A DNA stretch of 53,874 bases from Candidatus Shapirobacteria bacterium CG03_land_8_20_14_0_80_40_19 (GCA_002780305.1 PEVD01000019.1:1-53874), one strand, 5' to 3'; counted from the stretch's first letter, positions 17,372-27,371 are shown. The notes: generated from the sequence alone by a model not told the origin. Made by a program: numbers and translations.

Positions 17372-18838
17372 ATGTCTCGGACTTTTTATCTTAAGTATCG
17401 TCCCCAAACTTTTGCCGATTTGGACAGCACTACCGCCCGTGAGGAATTGATAAAAATATTTTCTTCAGGCAATCTTCCGCAGGCTTTTTTGTTTTCGGGC
17501 ACCAAAGGCATCGGCAAAACTTCCTCCGCCAGGATTGTGGCCAAGGCAATTAACTGCACCGGTAAAAAACCAAATGAATTTGAACCGTGTAATAAGTGCG
17601 ACAACTGTCTTTCGATAACGGCGGGTAATAATGTTGACGTGATGGAAATCGACGCCGCTTCTTTTACAGGAGTTGATGACATTCGGGATTTAAGAGATAA
17701 AATCCGCCTATCCCCGGCAAGTTTGAAGTATAAAGTTTTTATAATTGACGAAGTTCATCGTTTAAGCGGGTCAGCTTTTGATGCGCTTTTAAAAACTTTG
17801 GAAGAACCTCCACAGCACGTAATTTTTATTCTTTGTACGACTGATCCGGAAAAATTACCCAAAACGATTGTTTCCCGCTGTCAGCGGATTGCCTTTCACA
17901 AAGCGACCAAAAAAGAAATTGTGGAGAGGCTGAAAAAAAACTGTCTCGCGGAAGGACTGGAATTTGAGGAAGAAGCCCTGGTGCAAATTGTAAAAATATC
18001 CGAGGGCAGTTTTAGAGATGCGGTTAAAATTTTGGAACAGGTTTCTTTCTCCGGGAAGATTACTCTTGGGGAAGTCGATAAAATTGCCGGGATTTCCGGA
18101 GAATATAAACCGCAGGATTTACTGCACCTTTTGGCGGCAAGACAAACCAAAGAGGCGCTTTTATGGATCGGTCGGGCGGTTGAGGCGGGGGTAAGTTTAA
18201 AGATTCTCTTGGAAAATTTACTTGAAATTTTGAGAATAATAATTTTGTTTGAGTATGGGGTTGAAGAGGAAAAAGTTGAGGTTAATCTTACCGGCGGGCA
18301 GGCGAGGCAGCTGATTGATTTGCTCGCCTTGGCTTACACCGAGATGAAATTTGCGGTTATTCCTCAACTGCCGCTGGAGATGGCGGTGATTGAATGGTCC
18401 TCCTTCGTCCCGATGGTTATCGGGGCTTCGGAGGATAAAAGTGAAATAAAAAAAGAAAAAATTTCTCCGTTGTCCAATGCCAAATTTGTCCTTGAAGAAA
18501 TTCAGGCTAAATGGCCGGAAATTTTAGAGAGGGTTAAACCGCTCAATCATTCAGTTTTGGCTTTTCTTAAAGCCTGCCGGCCAAAGGCAGTTGAAGGAAA
18601 TTTTCTGATTTTGGAAGTCTTTTATAAATTCCACAAAGACCAATTAGAGTCAGAAAAATGCCGGCGTGTTTTTGAAAAAGCCGCTTCCGAAGTTTTGAAT
18701 GATAAAGTGTTGTTAAAATGTGTGCTAAGCGATGAAAAACCAGCTAAACTGAATTCGGTTCCTTTACCAAAACCGAGCATCAAAAACGAAGACGAAGATG
18801 ATATAATTAAAGTGGCGGAAGAAATATTTAATAACTAA
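17372..18838 (+). CDS. dnaX: DNA polymerase III subunit gamma/tau
   Basis: KYRPQTF, GTKGIGKTS, PCNKCDNC, EIDAAS, IIDEVH, LLKTLEEPP, SRCQ. Confidence 0.95.
   Translation: MSRTFYLKYRPQTFADLDSTTAREELIKIFSSGNLPQAFLFSGTKGIGKTSSARIVAKAINCTGKKPNEFEPCNKCDNCLSITAGNNVDVMEIDAASFTGVDDIRDLRDKIRLSPASLKYKVFIIDEVHRLSGSAFDALLKTLEEPPQHVIFILCTTDPEKLPKTIVSRCQRIAFHKATKKEIVERLKKNCLAEGLEFEEEALVQIVKISEGSFRDAVKILEQVSFSGKITLGEVDKIAGISGEYKPQDLLHLLAARQTKEALLWIGRAVEAGVSLKILLENLLEILRIIILFEYGVEEEKVEVNLTGGQARQLIDLLALAYTEMKFAVIPQLPLEMAVIEWSSFVPMVIGASEDKSEIKKEKISPLSNAKFVLEEIQAKWPEILERVKPLNHSVLAFLKACRPKAVEGNFLILEVFYKFHKDQLESEKCRRVFEKAASEVLNDKVLLKCVLSDEKPAKLNSVPLPKPSIKNEDEDDIIKVAEEIFNN
18398..18436. repeat. In-frame 39-bp hairpin in the dnaX linker
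   Basis: TCCTCC-TTC-GTCCCGAT-GGTT-ATCGGGGC-TTC-GGAGGA-T; encodes SSFVPMVIGASED. Confidence 0.75.
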
Positions 18839-18848
18839 TATATTTTAA

Positions 18849-18961
18849 GGTTGAGGATGGGAAATGAGATGTGCGTCGGGAGGTGAGAGTGAGAAGTGTG
18901 TAAAAATGAACTCACCCTCACTTCTTATCCTCGACTCAATTCTCACATCTCATCCACACCC
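18849..18961. repeat. Long imperfect inverted repeat between dnaX and ybaB
   Basis: ATGAGATGTG/CACATCTCAT and GAGGTGAGAGTGAG/CTCACCCTCACTTC. Confidence 0.7.
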
Positions 18962-18970
18962 TGATGAATT

Positions 18971-19249
18971 ATGTTTAATCCATTAAAAGGACTAGGTGAC
19001 TTAAATCAAATGCGTAAGCAGGCGATGGAACTGCAAAAGCAATTGCAGGATGAAAAAATTGAAATAGATGAAGACGGTGTCCGGATTGTGATTTCCGGGG
19101 ACCAAAAAATATTGGAATTTGAAAACAGGGATGTCTCAGACGAAACCGTGAGAAACAAATTGAATAAAGCGATTAAGTCATCCCAGGAAGTAGCGGCCAG
19201 AAAACTTTCTTCCATGACCGGCGGACTGCAGGGACTTTTGGGCAAATAA
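18971..19249 (+). CDS. ybaB: YbaB/EbfC nucleoid-associated protein
   Basis: MRKQAMELQKQL...V.I.ISGDQKI pattern; dnaX-ybaB-recR synteny. Confidence 0.85.
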   Translation: MFNPLKGLGDLNQMRKQAMELQKQLQDEKIEIDEDGVRIVISGDQKILEFENRDVSDETVRNKLNKAIKSSQEVAARKLSSMTGGLQGLLGK

Positions 19250-19411
19250 TTTCTTTTCAATTTTTTGAGGCCAAGTTTTTGTCTTTCGTGCGTAAAAAAT
19301 TCATTAGTTTAGCGTAATAAACAAATTGTGCGTGGAAGACTAAAAAAAGAGGCTGAGTGGTTTTTGGAATTTTTTTGAATAAAAATTTATGATTTGTGGT
19401 AGAATTTCTTC

Positions 19412-20053
19412 ATGCAGATTCCAAGAGCGATTTCAAATTTAGTTGAGGCTTTTGAAAAGTTGCCCGGCATCGGACCGAAAACCGCCCAAAGGCTGACTTT
19501 TTATTTACTCCATGTTCCCCAGGAAATGCTCGAAGAATTTGCCTCTTCCCTGCAGAATCTTAAAAAAAATACCGTTTTATGTTCAATTTGTTTTAATGTG
19601 GCTGAGCATGATCCCTGTCTGCTTTGTTCCGACCGGAACCGCGATCATAGTATGATTTGCGTCGTGGAACAACCGCTGGATGTTTTGGCTCTTGACCGGA
19701 ACGGGCACTACAAGGGGGTTTATCATGTCCTGCACGGGGCAATTTCACCCCTGAACAATATCGGGCCGGATGATATTAAAATAAAAGAATTATTAGATAG
19801 AGTTTCAGAGACGCCCGCCGATTCGGCGGGTTTCAAAGTTTCAGAAATCATTTTAGCGACTAACTCCAATATGGAGGGTGAGGCTACGGCAATGTATATC
19901 GCGAAAGAACTACAAAGATGCAAAGATATAGAGAAGCAGAGTTTCAAAGTTACGCGGTTGGCGCATGGGTTGCCCGTTGGCGGGGATGTGGAATATGCCG
20001 ATGAAGTAACTCTCCAAAGAGCTTTGGAGGGCCGGCGAGAGTATGGGGTATAA
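19412..20053 (+). CDS. recR: Recombination mediator RecR
   Basis: LPGIGPKTAQRL, C4 zinc finger, ICVVE, YHVLHG, EGEATA, GGDVEYAD. Confidence 0.96.
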   Translation: MQIPRAISNLVEAFEKLPGIGPKTAQRLTFYLLHVPQEMLEEFASSLQNLKKNTVLCSICFNVAEHDPCLLCSDRNRDHSMICVVEQPLDVLALDRNGHYKGVYHVLHGAISPLNNIGPDDIKIKELLDRVSETPADSAGFKVSEIILATNSNMEGEATAMYIAKELQRCKDIEKQSFKVTRLAHGLPVGGDVEYADEVTLQRALEGRREYGV

Positions 20054-20156
20054 TAATTTAAAATTAATTTTAAAAAGAAACGAATTTTTAATGTTTAAAA
20101 ATTAAATAATTTAGATTTGATTAAAAATTTGAAATTAAAAATTAAAAATTAAGTTT

Positions 20157-20543
20157 ATGGTCAATAAAATAGTTGCCGATTCTTTTGAAACTTTAGGTGG
20201 GGCGGTTAAACAAGTTGGAGATGATATTGCCGAAAATCTCGGATTAAAACCGGTTGATTCGGCGGGTACTTCCGAACAGACAGGTCAACAGCAACAACAG
20301 GCCCAAGCCAGCCGGATAAAAAAATCGGTTGCCCGCTATCGTCAGCTTCAAGAAGAAATTAAGCAGTTGCAGACAAAAAGAAGCCAGGAAATGGTAAAAT
20401 ACGGGGAGCCCGGTTTTACTGACGAGCAAAAACAGCAAAGCCGGATAAAACAGTTAGAGGTAGGAAAGGAAGATAAATTGCCGCCGTTACCTGTCCAGCG
20501 GGCTTCCAAAAAAACCGAAAGCCTGCGAGGTGTAAGCGGATAG
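20157..20543 (+). CDS. Hypothetical coiled-coil protein
   Basis: 128-aa Gln-rich ORF co-oriented with neighbours. Confidence 0.7.
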   Translation: MVNKIVADSFETLGGAVKQVGDDIAENLGLKPVDSAGTSEQTGQQQQQAQASRIKKSVARYRQLQEEIKQLQTKRSQEMVKYGEPGFTDEQKQQSRIKQLEVGKEDKLPPLPVQRASKKTESLRGVSG

Positions 20544-20748
20544 TTACATAAATGAAAGAAAATAGAAACTCTGCTAAAGACAAGGTATGATGAAGAAAAA
20601 GGCAAGGGATTATTGAATGATACTTTTAGTTTTGAACTAGGAGAAGTCGTGAGGTTAAAAACGGTTTCTATTTCAGGTCAGGGAGAGAGAGGGGATTTCA
20701 GTCGAATCTGGGAGAGATTTAATTTACCGTGCTTTACCTAAAACAACA

Positions 20749-22137
20749 ATGAAACTTTATAATACTCTTTCCCGTAAACTTGAGGATTTTAAACCAATTT
20801 CCGATAAAGAAGTCGGTATTTATTCCTGCGGCCCGACGGTTTATTGGAATCAGCATATCGGCCATATGTATGCCTATACCCAATGGGACTGTTTGGTGAG
20901 AACTTTCAAATACCTGGGTTATAAAGTCAGATGGATAATGAACATAACGGATGTCGGCCATATGACCTCAGATGAGGATACCGGTGAAGACAAAATGGAA
21001 AAGGGGGCCAAAAGAGAAGGGAAAAGTGTTTGGGGTATTGCGGATGAATATCTTGCTCAGTTTAAGGGAAGCTTAAAACTTCTTAATATTCAAGAGCCGG
21101 ATGTTTTGTGCCGGGCGACCGAGCATATAAATGAGCAAATCGAGTTAATCAAGAAAATAGAGAAGAACGGATTTACTTATCGCACCCAAACGGGGCTGGT
21201 TTTTGATACTTCTAAATTTCCCGGTTATGCTGATTTTGCCAAATTAAATTTAGATGAGCAAAACTCCGGGTTAAGAGTGAAAATTGATCCGGAAAAGAAA
21301 AAACCCTGGGATTTTTTGCTTTGGGTTACTAATCAACCCGGTCACGTTATGCAGTGGGACAGTCCTTGGGGAAAGGGTTTTCCCGGCTGGCATATCGAAT
21401 GTACGGCGATGTCGATTAAATATTTGGGTGAGCAGTTTGATATCCATACCGGCGGTAAAGAACATATTCCGGTCCACCATACTAATGAAATTGCTCAAGC
21501 TTTTGGTGCTTTTGGCCGTCAAACCGCAAATTATTGGTTGCACAATGAATGGCTGGCTTTTGACGGCCAAAAAATCAGCAAGTCGTTGGGGAATTCGATT
21601 TTGGTTTCTGATTTGCAGGAAAAAGGTTTTGATCCGTTGGCTCTGCGCTATTTGATTTTGACTTCCCATTACCGTTCAGGGTTAAATTTTACCGAGGCAA
21701 GTTTAGAGGCGGCTTGTGTTGCTCTTGATAAACTTAGGAATCGATTTAAGGAGTGGGGAAGCGAAAGAAAAGAAAAGATCGGTCTTTCGGTGCAAGCCCA
21801 GGGGTTTAATAGTAGTTTCAAATCAGCTCTTTCAAACGACTTGCAAATGCCTCAAGCCTTGGCGGTTTTATGGACAATGGTTGACGACAAACAAATTAAT
21901 AAGTCGGAAAAATTTGAACTTTTAAAAAATTGGGAGAAGGTATTGGGTTTGAAGCTGGATAAGAAACCAGAAGTATTAGAAATACCGCAAGAAGTAAAAG
22001 ATTTATTGGGTAAGAGAGAAAAATTGAGGGATGAGAAAAAATGGGAAGGATCTGATGAAATCAGAAAAAAAATTGAAAGTTTAGGCTGGGTTGTTGATGA
22101 TACAAAAGAAGGATCTATTGTAAAATTGAAGAAGTGA
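20749..22137 (+). CDS. cysS: Cysteine--tRNA ligase
   Basis: CGPTVY..HIGH, NITDVGH, PGWHIEC, HHTNEIAQ, KISKSLGN. Confidence 0.97.
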   Translation: MKLYNTLSRKLEDFKPISDKEVGIYSCGPTVYWNQHIGHMYAYTQWDCLVRTFKYLGYKVRWIMNITDVGHMTSDEDTGEDKMEKGAKREGKSVWGIADEYLAQFKGSLKLLNIQEPDVLCRATEHINEQIELIKKIEKNGFTYRTQTGLVFDTSKFPGYADFAKLNLDEQNSGLRVKIDPEKKKPWDFLLWVTNQPGHVMQWDSPWGKGFPGWHIECTAMSIKYLGEQFDIHTGGKEHIPVHHTNEIAQAFGAFGRQTANYWLHNEWLAFDGQKISKSLGNSILVSDLQEKGFDPLALRYLILTSHYRSGLNFTEASLEAACVALDKLRNRFKEWGSERKEKIGLSVQAQGFNSSFKSALSNDLQMPQALAVLWTMVDDKQINKSEKFELLKNWEKVLGLKLDKKPEVLEIPQEVKDLLGKREKLRDEKKWEGSDEIRKKIESLGWVVDDTKEGSIVKLKK

Positions 22138-22784
22138 AAAAAGGTTTAATTATTTTATTGTGCCTTATCGGTCTACTGGAGGTTGGGAATTTGGTTTTTT
22201 TGGACTGGCAGTACATTAGCAAGAGTAAGAGTAAAAGTGAAGTTCAATTTGCAGACTGGAAGGATGAAGAAGATAAGCTTGCTACCGCTTCCTGCGAGCT
22301 TTCGTGCAAAGAAATTATTGAGGAGGAAATTCAGCAGGAGTTGGCCAAACTGCCTGCCTTAGCGGGTCAAAGTTCGGTCTCGCCGGCGGCTCCTTTAAAG
22401 ATTCCTACCCAGTCAAACAACAAGCCAAAAATTGTTTATGTTCCCTTAATTACCGATGGTAGCGTTTCCGCCGCCGAATGGACGGGTATTGTTCCTTCCG
22501 AATTTTATTTTGATCCGGCGAATTATCCAAGCGCCAAAGAATTTCGTTTTGAAGCATATTTGTCTTCGGCAAATGACGATCGGGGTTTTGCCCGCCTTTA
22601 TGACGCGACAAACAAAAGGGGAGTGGATTTCAGCGACCTGTCTTTTAATAAAAGCGAATTTACACGGATTGAATCAAGCGCGGTTAAGATCTGGAACGGC
22701 AATAATAAATACACCATCCAACTTCGGTCGGTAAACGGGACAAAGGTTCAGGTAAAAGAAGCGAAACTAAAAATTTATTATTAA
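22134..22784 (+). CDS. Membrane-anchored hypothetical protein
   Basis: GTGA overlap with cysS; N-terminal TM; beta-rich C-terminus. Confidence 0.7.
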   Translation: MKKGLIILLCLIGLLEVGNLVFLDWQYISKSKSKSEVQFADWKDEEDKLATASCELSCKEIIEEEIQQELAKLPALAGQSSVSPAAPLKIPTQSNNKPKIVYVPLITDGSVSAAEWTGIVPSEFYFDPANYPSAKEFRFEAYLSSANDDRGFARLYDATNKRGVDFSDLSFNKSEFTRIESSAVKIWNGNNKYTIQLRSVNGTKVQVKEAKLKIYY

Positions 22785-22791
22785 TTTTTTT

Positions 22792-23697
22792 TTAAAGATT
22801 TCCCCCGTAAACAAAAGCCAGTCCCTGTTTCTGTCCGATCTCTTTGGCTTTCATTATTGTTTTAATTGGAGTGGGCGGAGTATCGGTCATTCTTGCATGC
22901 GGAAAAAAGCGGGTGACGTGCCAGGGGGTTTGGGAGCCTAAATTTTTGACAATCCAGGCAGCAATATTTTTCAGGTCTTTTTCGTCATCGTTCCAGCCGG
23001 GGATAATATTGGTGACGCATTCGATGTGAATTTTAGGATATTTATCATGAACGTACTTGGTGGTGTCAAAAACTCCTTTTGCCCGAGGAATACCGATTAA
23101 TTTTTGATAAAAGTTATCAGATGGGCTTTTTAAATCAACCCGGTAAATATCCAGATACGGGGCAATAACATCAATAGCCTGAGTGGTGGCATAGCCGTTG
23201 GTGACCCAACAGGTATACATATCGAAATTTCTAGTTTCTAATTTCAAATTTCTAATTTCTTTACAACAATCCAAAGAGTATTCAAGCCATATTGCCGGTT
23301 CGTTATAGGTAAAAGCAATGCCGTCCGCTTTAAGTTTTATGGCCATTTTCACTACCTGCGCCGGAGACAGATATTTTTCGTTTTTTAAGTTTAGAAGCGA
23401 GCAGTCGACATAGCTGATTTCGGAGTTTTGGCAAAATTGGCAGCGGAAATTACAACCATAGGTTCCCAGAGAAAGGCACATCGAGCCGGGCCGGAAACGG
23501 TAAACCGGTTTTTTCTCAATCGGATCAAGATTAATGGAGGAGACAATGCCGTAAATTGAGGAATATAACCGGCCGTCTTTATTAATCCTGGTTTGACAAA
23601 ACCCCCAGCCGTTGTTTTCCACCACGCATTTTTTTTGGCAGGTTAAACAACGGACGGATTTATTTTTAAGTTTTTGGTAAAGAAGAGCTTCATGCAT
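22792..23697 (-). CDS. AmmeMemoRadiSam-system radical SAM enzyme
   Basis: MHEALLY, C..C...C N-terminus, DPIEKKP, GCNFRCQFCQN, AFTYNEP, WHVTRFFP, FVYGGN. Confidence 0.88.
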   Translation of the reverse strand: MHEALLYQKLKNKSVRCLTCQKKCVVENNGWGFCQTRINKDGRLYSSIYGIVSSINLDPIEKKPVYRFRPGSMCLSLGTYGCNFRCQFCQNSEISYVDCSLLNLKNEKYLSPAQVVKMAIKLKADGIAFTYNEPAIWLEYSLDCCKEIRNLKLETRNFDMYTCWVTNGYATTQAIDVIAPYLDIYRVDLKSPSDNFYQKLIGIPRAKGVFDTTKYVHDKYPKIHIECVTNIIPGWNDDEKDLKNIAAWIVKNLGSQTPWHVTRFFPHARMTDTPPTPIKTIMKAKEIGQKQGLAFVYGGNL

Positions 23698-23732
23698 TTT
23701 TTTTATTTTAAAAGAACCTGTATAATAAATCA

Positions 23733-24215
23733 ATGAACGTCTTGGGGATAGATCCCGGTTTGGCTTCGGTTGGTTGGGCGGTCTTGAAATTTGATAAAGG
23801 CCTTTTTAAATTAATTGAATGCGGCTGTATCGAAACGGAAAAAGAGACCCCTTTTTCTTCGCGGCTGGGTATTATTTTTGAAGAAACAAAAAAACTTTCC
23901 GAAAAATTTGACCTGGATGTTTTGGCGGTGGAAGAACTTTATTTTGCCAAAAATGTCAAAACGGCAATTTCCGTCGCGCAGTGTTTGGGGGTGATTAAAC
24001 TGGCGGGATGTCTGCTAAAGTTGCCTGTTTTTGAATATACCCCCCTTAATGTTAAAATGACGATTACCGGATACGGCCGGGCGGAGAAGCGTCAGGTTGA
24101 AGCGATGGTCAAACAGACTTTGGGACTTAAAAACGGGATTAAGCACGGTCATGCTTCCGACGCGGTGGCAGTGGCTTTAACCCACTGCTTTACCAATCAA
24201 AAAATAAAAATATGA
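23733..24215 (+). CDS. ruvC: Holliday junction resolvase
   Basis: LGIDPG, AVEELYF, EYTP..VK...TGYGRAEK, DAVAVA. Confidence 0.95.
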   Translation: MNVLGIDPGLASVGWAVLKFDKGLFKLIECGCIETEKETPFSSRLGIIFEETKKLSEKFDLDVLAVEELYFAKNVKTAISVAQCLGVIKLAGCLLKLPVFEYTPLNVKMTITGYGRAEKRQVEAMVKQTLGLKNGIKHGHASDAVAVALTHCFTNQKIKI

Positions 24216-24784
24216 TTTCAAAACTGTCAGGAAAAGTTACTTTTAAGGGTACCCATAAGATTGAAATTGATGTTAATGGGGTGGGTTACGAAGTCTTTGT
24301 TTCTGTCGGTGATTTGGATAAACTGAAGATCGGGGCTGAAGCGGAAATTTTTATTTACCACCATATTGCTGAGGATAAAAACGACTTGTATGGTTTTTTA
24401 AACCGGCAGGACCGGCTTGTTTTTGAAATGCTGATAGGCGTGTCGGGAGTTGGTCCAAGAACAGCCCAGAATATTTTCTCTATCGGCAGCGGAGAAAAAA
24501 TTTTGGGAGCGATTTCAAAGGCGGATGTTAATTTTTTTAAACAAGTTAAGGGTTTGGGGGGCAAGGGGGCGCAGAGAATTATTGTTGATTTAAAAGCTAA
24601 GGCCGGCTCGGTTGCGGATCTCGATTTTAACCTTGAAGCTGAAGATGAATCGGTTTTTGAAGCACTGCTTAACTTGGGTTTTATGAAAGGCGAAGCCCGG
24701 GGGGTTTTAACCAGCCTGCCGGAGGAGTTAAAGACAGAAAATGAAAAAATAAAATTTGCTCTTAGGCAATTGGGAAGAAAATAA
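24212..24784 (+). CDS. ruvA: Holliday junction branch migration protein RuvA
   Basis: DVNGVGYEV, LYGF, VSGVGPRTA, GLGGKGAQRIIVDLK. Confidence 0.95.
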   Translation: MISKLSGKVTFKGTHKIEIDVNGVGYEVFVSVGDLDKLKIGAEAEIFIYHHIAEDKNDLYGFLNRQDRLVFEMLIGVSGVGPRTAQNIFSIGSGEKILGAISKADVNFFKQVKGLGGKGAQRIIVDLKAKAGSVADLDFNLEAEDESVFEALLNLGFMKGEARGVLTSLPEELKTENEKIKFALRQLGRK

Positions 24785-24785
24785 A

Positions 24786-25808
24786 ATGAAAGATGCGGTT
24801 GACCCTAATGACCAGCCTGGTGAGGAAAAAATTGAGCAAAATTTGCGACCGCAAAAACTAACCGAATTTATCGGCCAGCCGGAATTAAAAAAACAACTGC
24901 GGATTTTTATTGCGGCAGCCAAGAAACGGCACCAGTCAATGGAACACCTGCTTTTTTACGGTCCGCCCGGTTTGGGAAAAACAACCCTTGCTTGTTTGCT
25001 GGCCAAAGAAATGGGGGTCAATATCCGCATCACTTCCGGCCCGGCTTTAGAGAGGGCAGGCGATCTGGCTTCAATCTTAACTTCACTGGAGGAAAGTGAT
25101 ATTTTTTTTATCGACGAAGTTCACCGTTTAAATAAGGTGGTTGAAGAAACACTTTATCCGGCGATGGAGGATTTTAGATTGGATATGGTGCTGGGAAAGG
25201 GGCCGGCGGCCAGAACTCTGCGTTTGGAATTAAACCATTTTACGATTGTGGCAGCGACGACGAGGATCGGTTTATTGTCGGCCCCGATGCGCGACCGCTT
25301 CGGCTTTGTCCAGAGAATTAATTTTTATAATAACGATGATTTGGAAAAAATTATTTTGCGTTCAGCGGAAATTCTGGGCATTGAAATAGACAAAGAAGCT
25401 TTGTCGGAAATTGCCAAAAGATCAAGGGGAACGCCGCGGGTGGCCAACCGGATTTTAAGAAGAGTAAGAGATTTTGCGGAAGTGGAAGCGGGCGGGAAAA
25501 TCACGCTGCCGGTGGCGAAAGAAGCGCTTAAACTGCTGGAAGTAGATGACTTCGGTTTGACCGATGCTGACCGTTTAATCCTTCGGTGTATTGCGGAAAA
25601 ACACGGGGGCGGTCCGATCGGGATTGAGACTCTGGCAGCTTCGGTCAGTGAAGACATCGGGACGATAGAGGAGGTTTATGAACCTTACCTAATGCAAATC
25701 GGCTTTTTAAAAAGAACTCCTCGGGGAAGAATGCTCACGGGTACCGCTTTTGAAGCTCTCGGATTGGTTGTCCCCAATAAAATTAAACAAGAACAATTTG
25801 AAATTTAA
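24786..25808 (+). CDS. ruvB: Holliday junction helicase RuvB
   Basis: LRPQ...FIGQ, GPPGLGKTT, FIDEVHRL, RGTPRVANR, EPYL; ATG at 24786. Confidence 0.97.
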   Translation: MKDAVDPNDQPGEEKIEQNLRPQKLTEFIGQPELKKQLRIFIAAAKKRHQSMEHLLFYGPPGLGKTTLACLLAKEMGVNIRITSGPALERAGDLASILTSLEESDIFFIDEVHRLNKVVEETLYPAMEDFRLDMVLGKGPAARTLRLELNHFTIVAATTRIGLLSAPMRDRFGFVQRINFYNNDDLEKIILRSAEILGIEIDKEALSEIAKRSRGTPRVANRILRRVRDFAEVEAGGKITLPVAKEALKLLEVDDFGLTDADRLILRCIAEKHGGGPIGIETLAASVSEDIGTIEEVYEPYLMQIGFLKRTPRGRMLTGTAFEALGLVVPNKIKQEQFEI

Positions 25809-26451
25809 ATCTAAGAAATTATTTATTTTACTTCTTCTAATTTTTATTTTTGGGGCGGTTTATTTTTTGGGCAGTAAAATTGACTATAATTTAATCAGAG
25901 ATTACATTGAGAGAGCTGGAGTTCGGGGACCGGTTGTCTATATTTTGCTGACGTTAATTAGTTTTGTTTTTGCCCCCTTAAGCGGCACGCCGCTTTTCTT
26001 CGCCGGCTGGGTTCTTTTCGGTAAATATTTTCAAATTTATAATTTTATCGCCGCTTATGTTGGAATGCTGATTAACTTTTCGATTGCCCGTCGGTGGGGC
26101 AGAGAGAGGGTGGTGAAATTTGTCGGGGTTAAAAATATGGCGCAGGTCGATAAGTTTACCGAAAATTACGGCGAAAAAACCTTATTTCTTTTGCGCTTAT
26201 CCCAAGGTTATTTCCAGGATTTTCTTTCTTACGCTTTCGGCTTGACCAAAATAAAATTTTCCTCTTATGCCTTTATTTCCTTTCTGGCCCCCGTCCCCTG
26301 GCTGCTTTTCTGGCAGTTTTACGTCATTAAAAAAATTAGTAATTTAAGCGACCTGACGGTTTGGTTTGTGTGGTTAACAATCCCCATTTTTCTCGGCTCG
26401 ATTTTTATCCTGTCAAAAATGAAAAAAAAGATGCCAAAAACCGGCTTTTAG
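25798..26451 (+). CDS. TVP38/VTT (DedA-like) membrane protein
   Basis: Multi-TM, FAPLSG...AG..LFG, LLRL, SYAFGLT; start uncertain (TTG). Confidence 0.75.
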   Translation: MKFKSKKLFILLLLIFIFGAVYFLGSKIDYNLIRDYIERAGVRGPVVYILLTLISFVFAPLSGTPLFFAGWVLFGKYFQIYNFIAAYVGMLINFSIARRWGRERVVKFVGVKNMAQVDKFTENYGEKTLFLLRLSQGYFQDFLSYAFGLTKIKFSSYAFISFLAPVPWLLFWQFYVIKKISNLSDLTVWFVWLTIPIFLGSIFILSKMKKKMPKTGF

Positions 26452-26467
26452 ATTCATTTTGATATAG

Positions 26468-27291
26468 GCGAGACAGGCAATTGGCTGGCAAGGGGAAAAA
26501 ACAGAAGAACCCTTACCTTCTATTGTCCGTCTTCCGGAAAGTGTTTTTAGCTTAAGACATCCTTCGGCAGAAGAATTTATAAAAGAAACGCAAAACAACG
26601 TCGGGTTATTAGCCAGGCTGGTAGAGGAAAAACAAACAGATGCCGTTATTAACCCCGATCTTTCTTCACTCAGATGGTTTGGGGAAGCGGGAGAGCTTCC
26701 TTATTTTAAGCCTTCGAAACTTCTTTCTTTATTGAAAGCCCCGGAAAGTGATCTTGAGAACGGTTGGGTAGTTTTGGAAACAAGGACAAACAGCCCGGAA
26801 GCGGCCGACCGCATTTAAGAGAAACCCATATACATTTAAATAAAGAAGATATTGCCGCCTCTCTTTATCCTTGCTTGGAAAATTCGGAAAGGCAAGTAAG
26901 GATTTCTAATTTAGGATTGACGGTTTTAATGTTTTATGAATATTTGAATAGAATGCAAAAAATTGGTTTGCTTTTTGGAATGAAAGAGGAAGGATGTTTT
27001 AAAAATATAAGCAATTTAACTGAAGAGGGTGTAAAGAAGATAGTCGGAGAGCGGGGAAAAGAGTTGATCTTAAATGGTTATCGTTTTAGCCGTGATCAAA
27101 ATATTGGCCAGTTGGCGCTGGTCGTTTCAATTGCGGCCTTGGCTGGAAATCCTGAAGCGGGGGTGGTTGGACTGGAAAGGCATATGAATTGGGAAATATA
27201 TCGGCTTGCGAGAGAAGCAGGTTGTTTAACAGGAAATTTAAACAGCCTGGCAGATTTATTTAACCTGGTAACCTGCGGGGCTAAATATTAA
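26468..27291 (+). pseudogene. Probable frameshifted hypothetical gene
   Basis: A start-less open frame of ~116 codons (26468-26818) overlaps ORF 26764..27291 in another frame. Confidence 0.45.
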
Positions 27292-27371
27292 AATATCCCA
27301 AGTGGCTTCATCCCTTAATATTTCTTAGTTTTTCTTATTTTCTGTTACAATTTAACTTAGGATTTCCGCGT

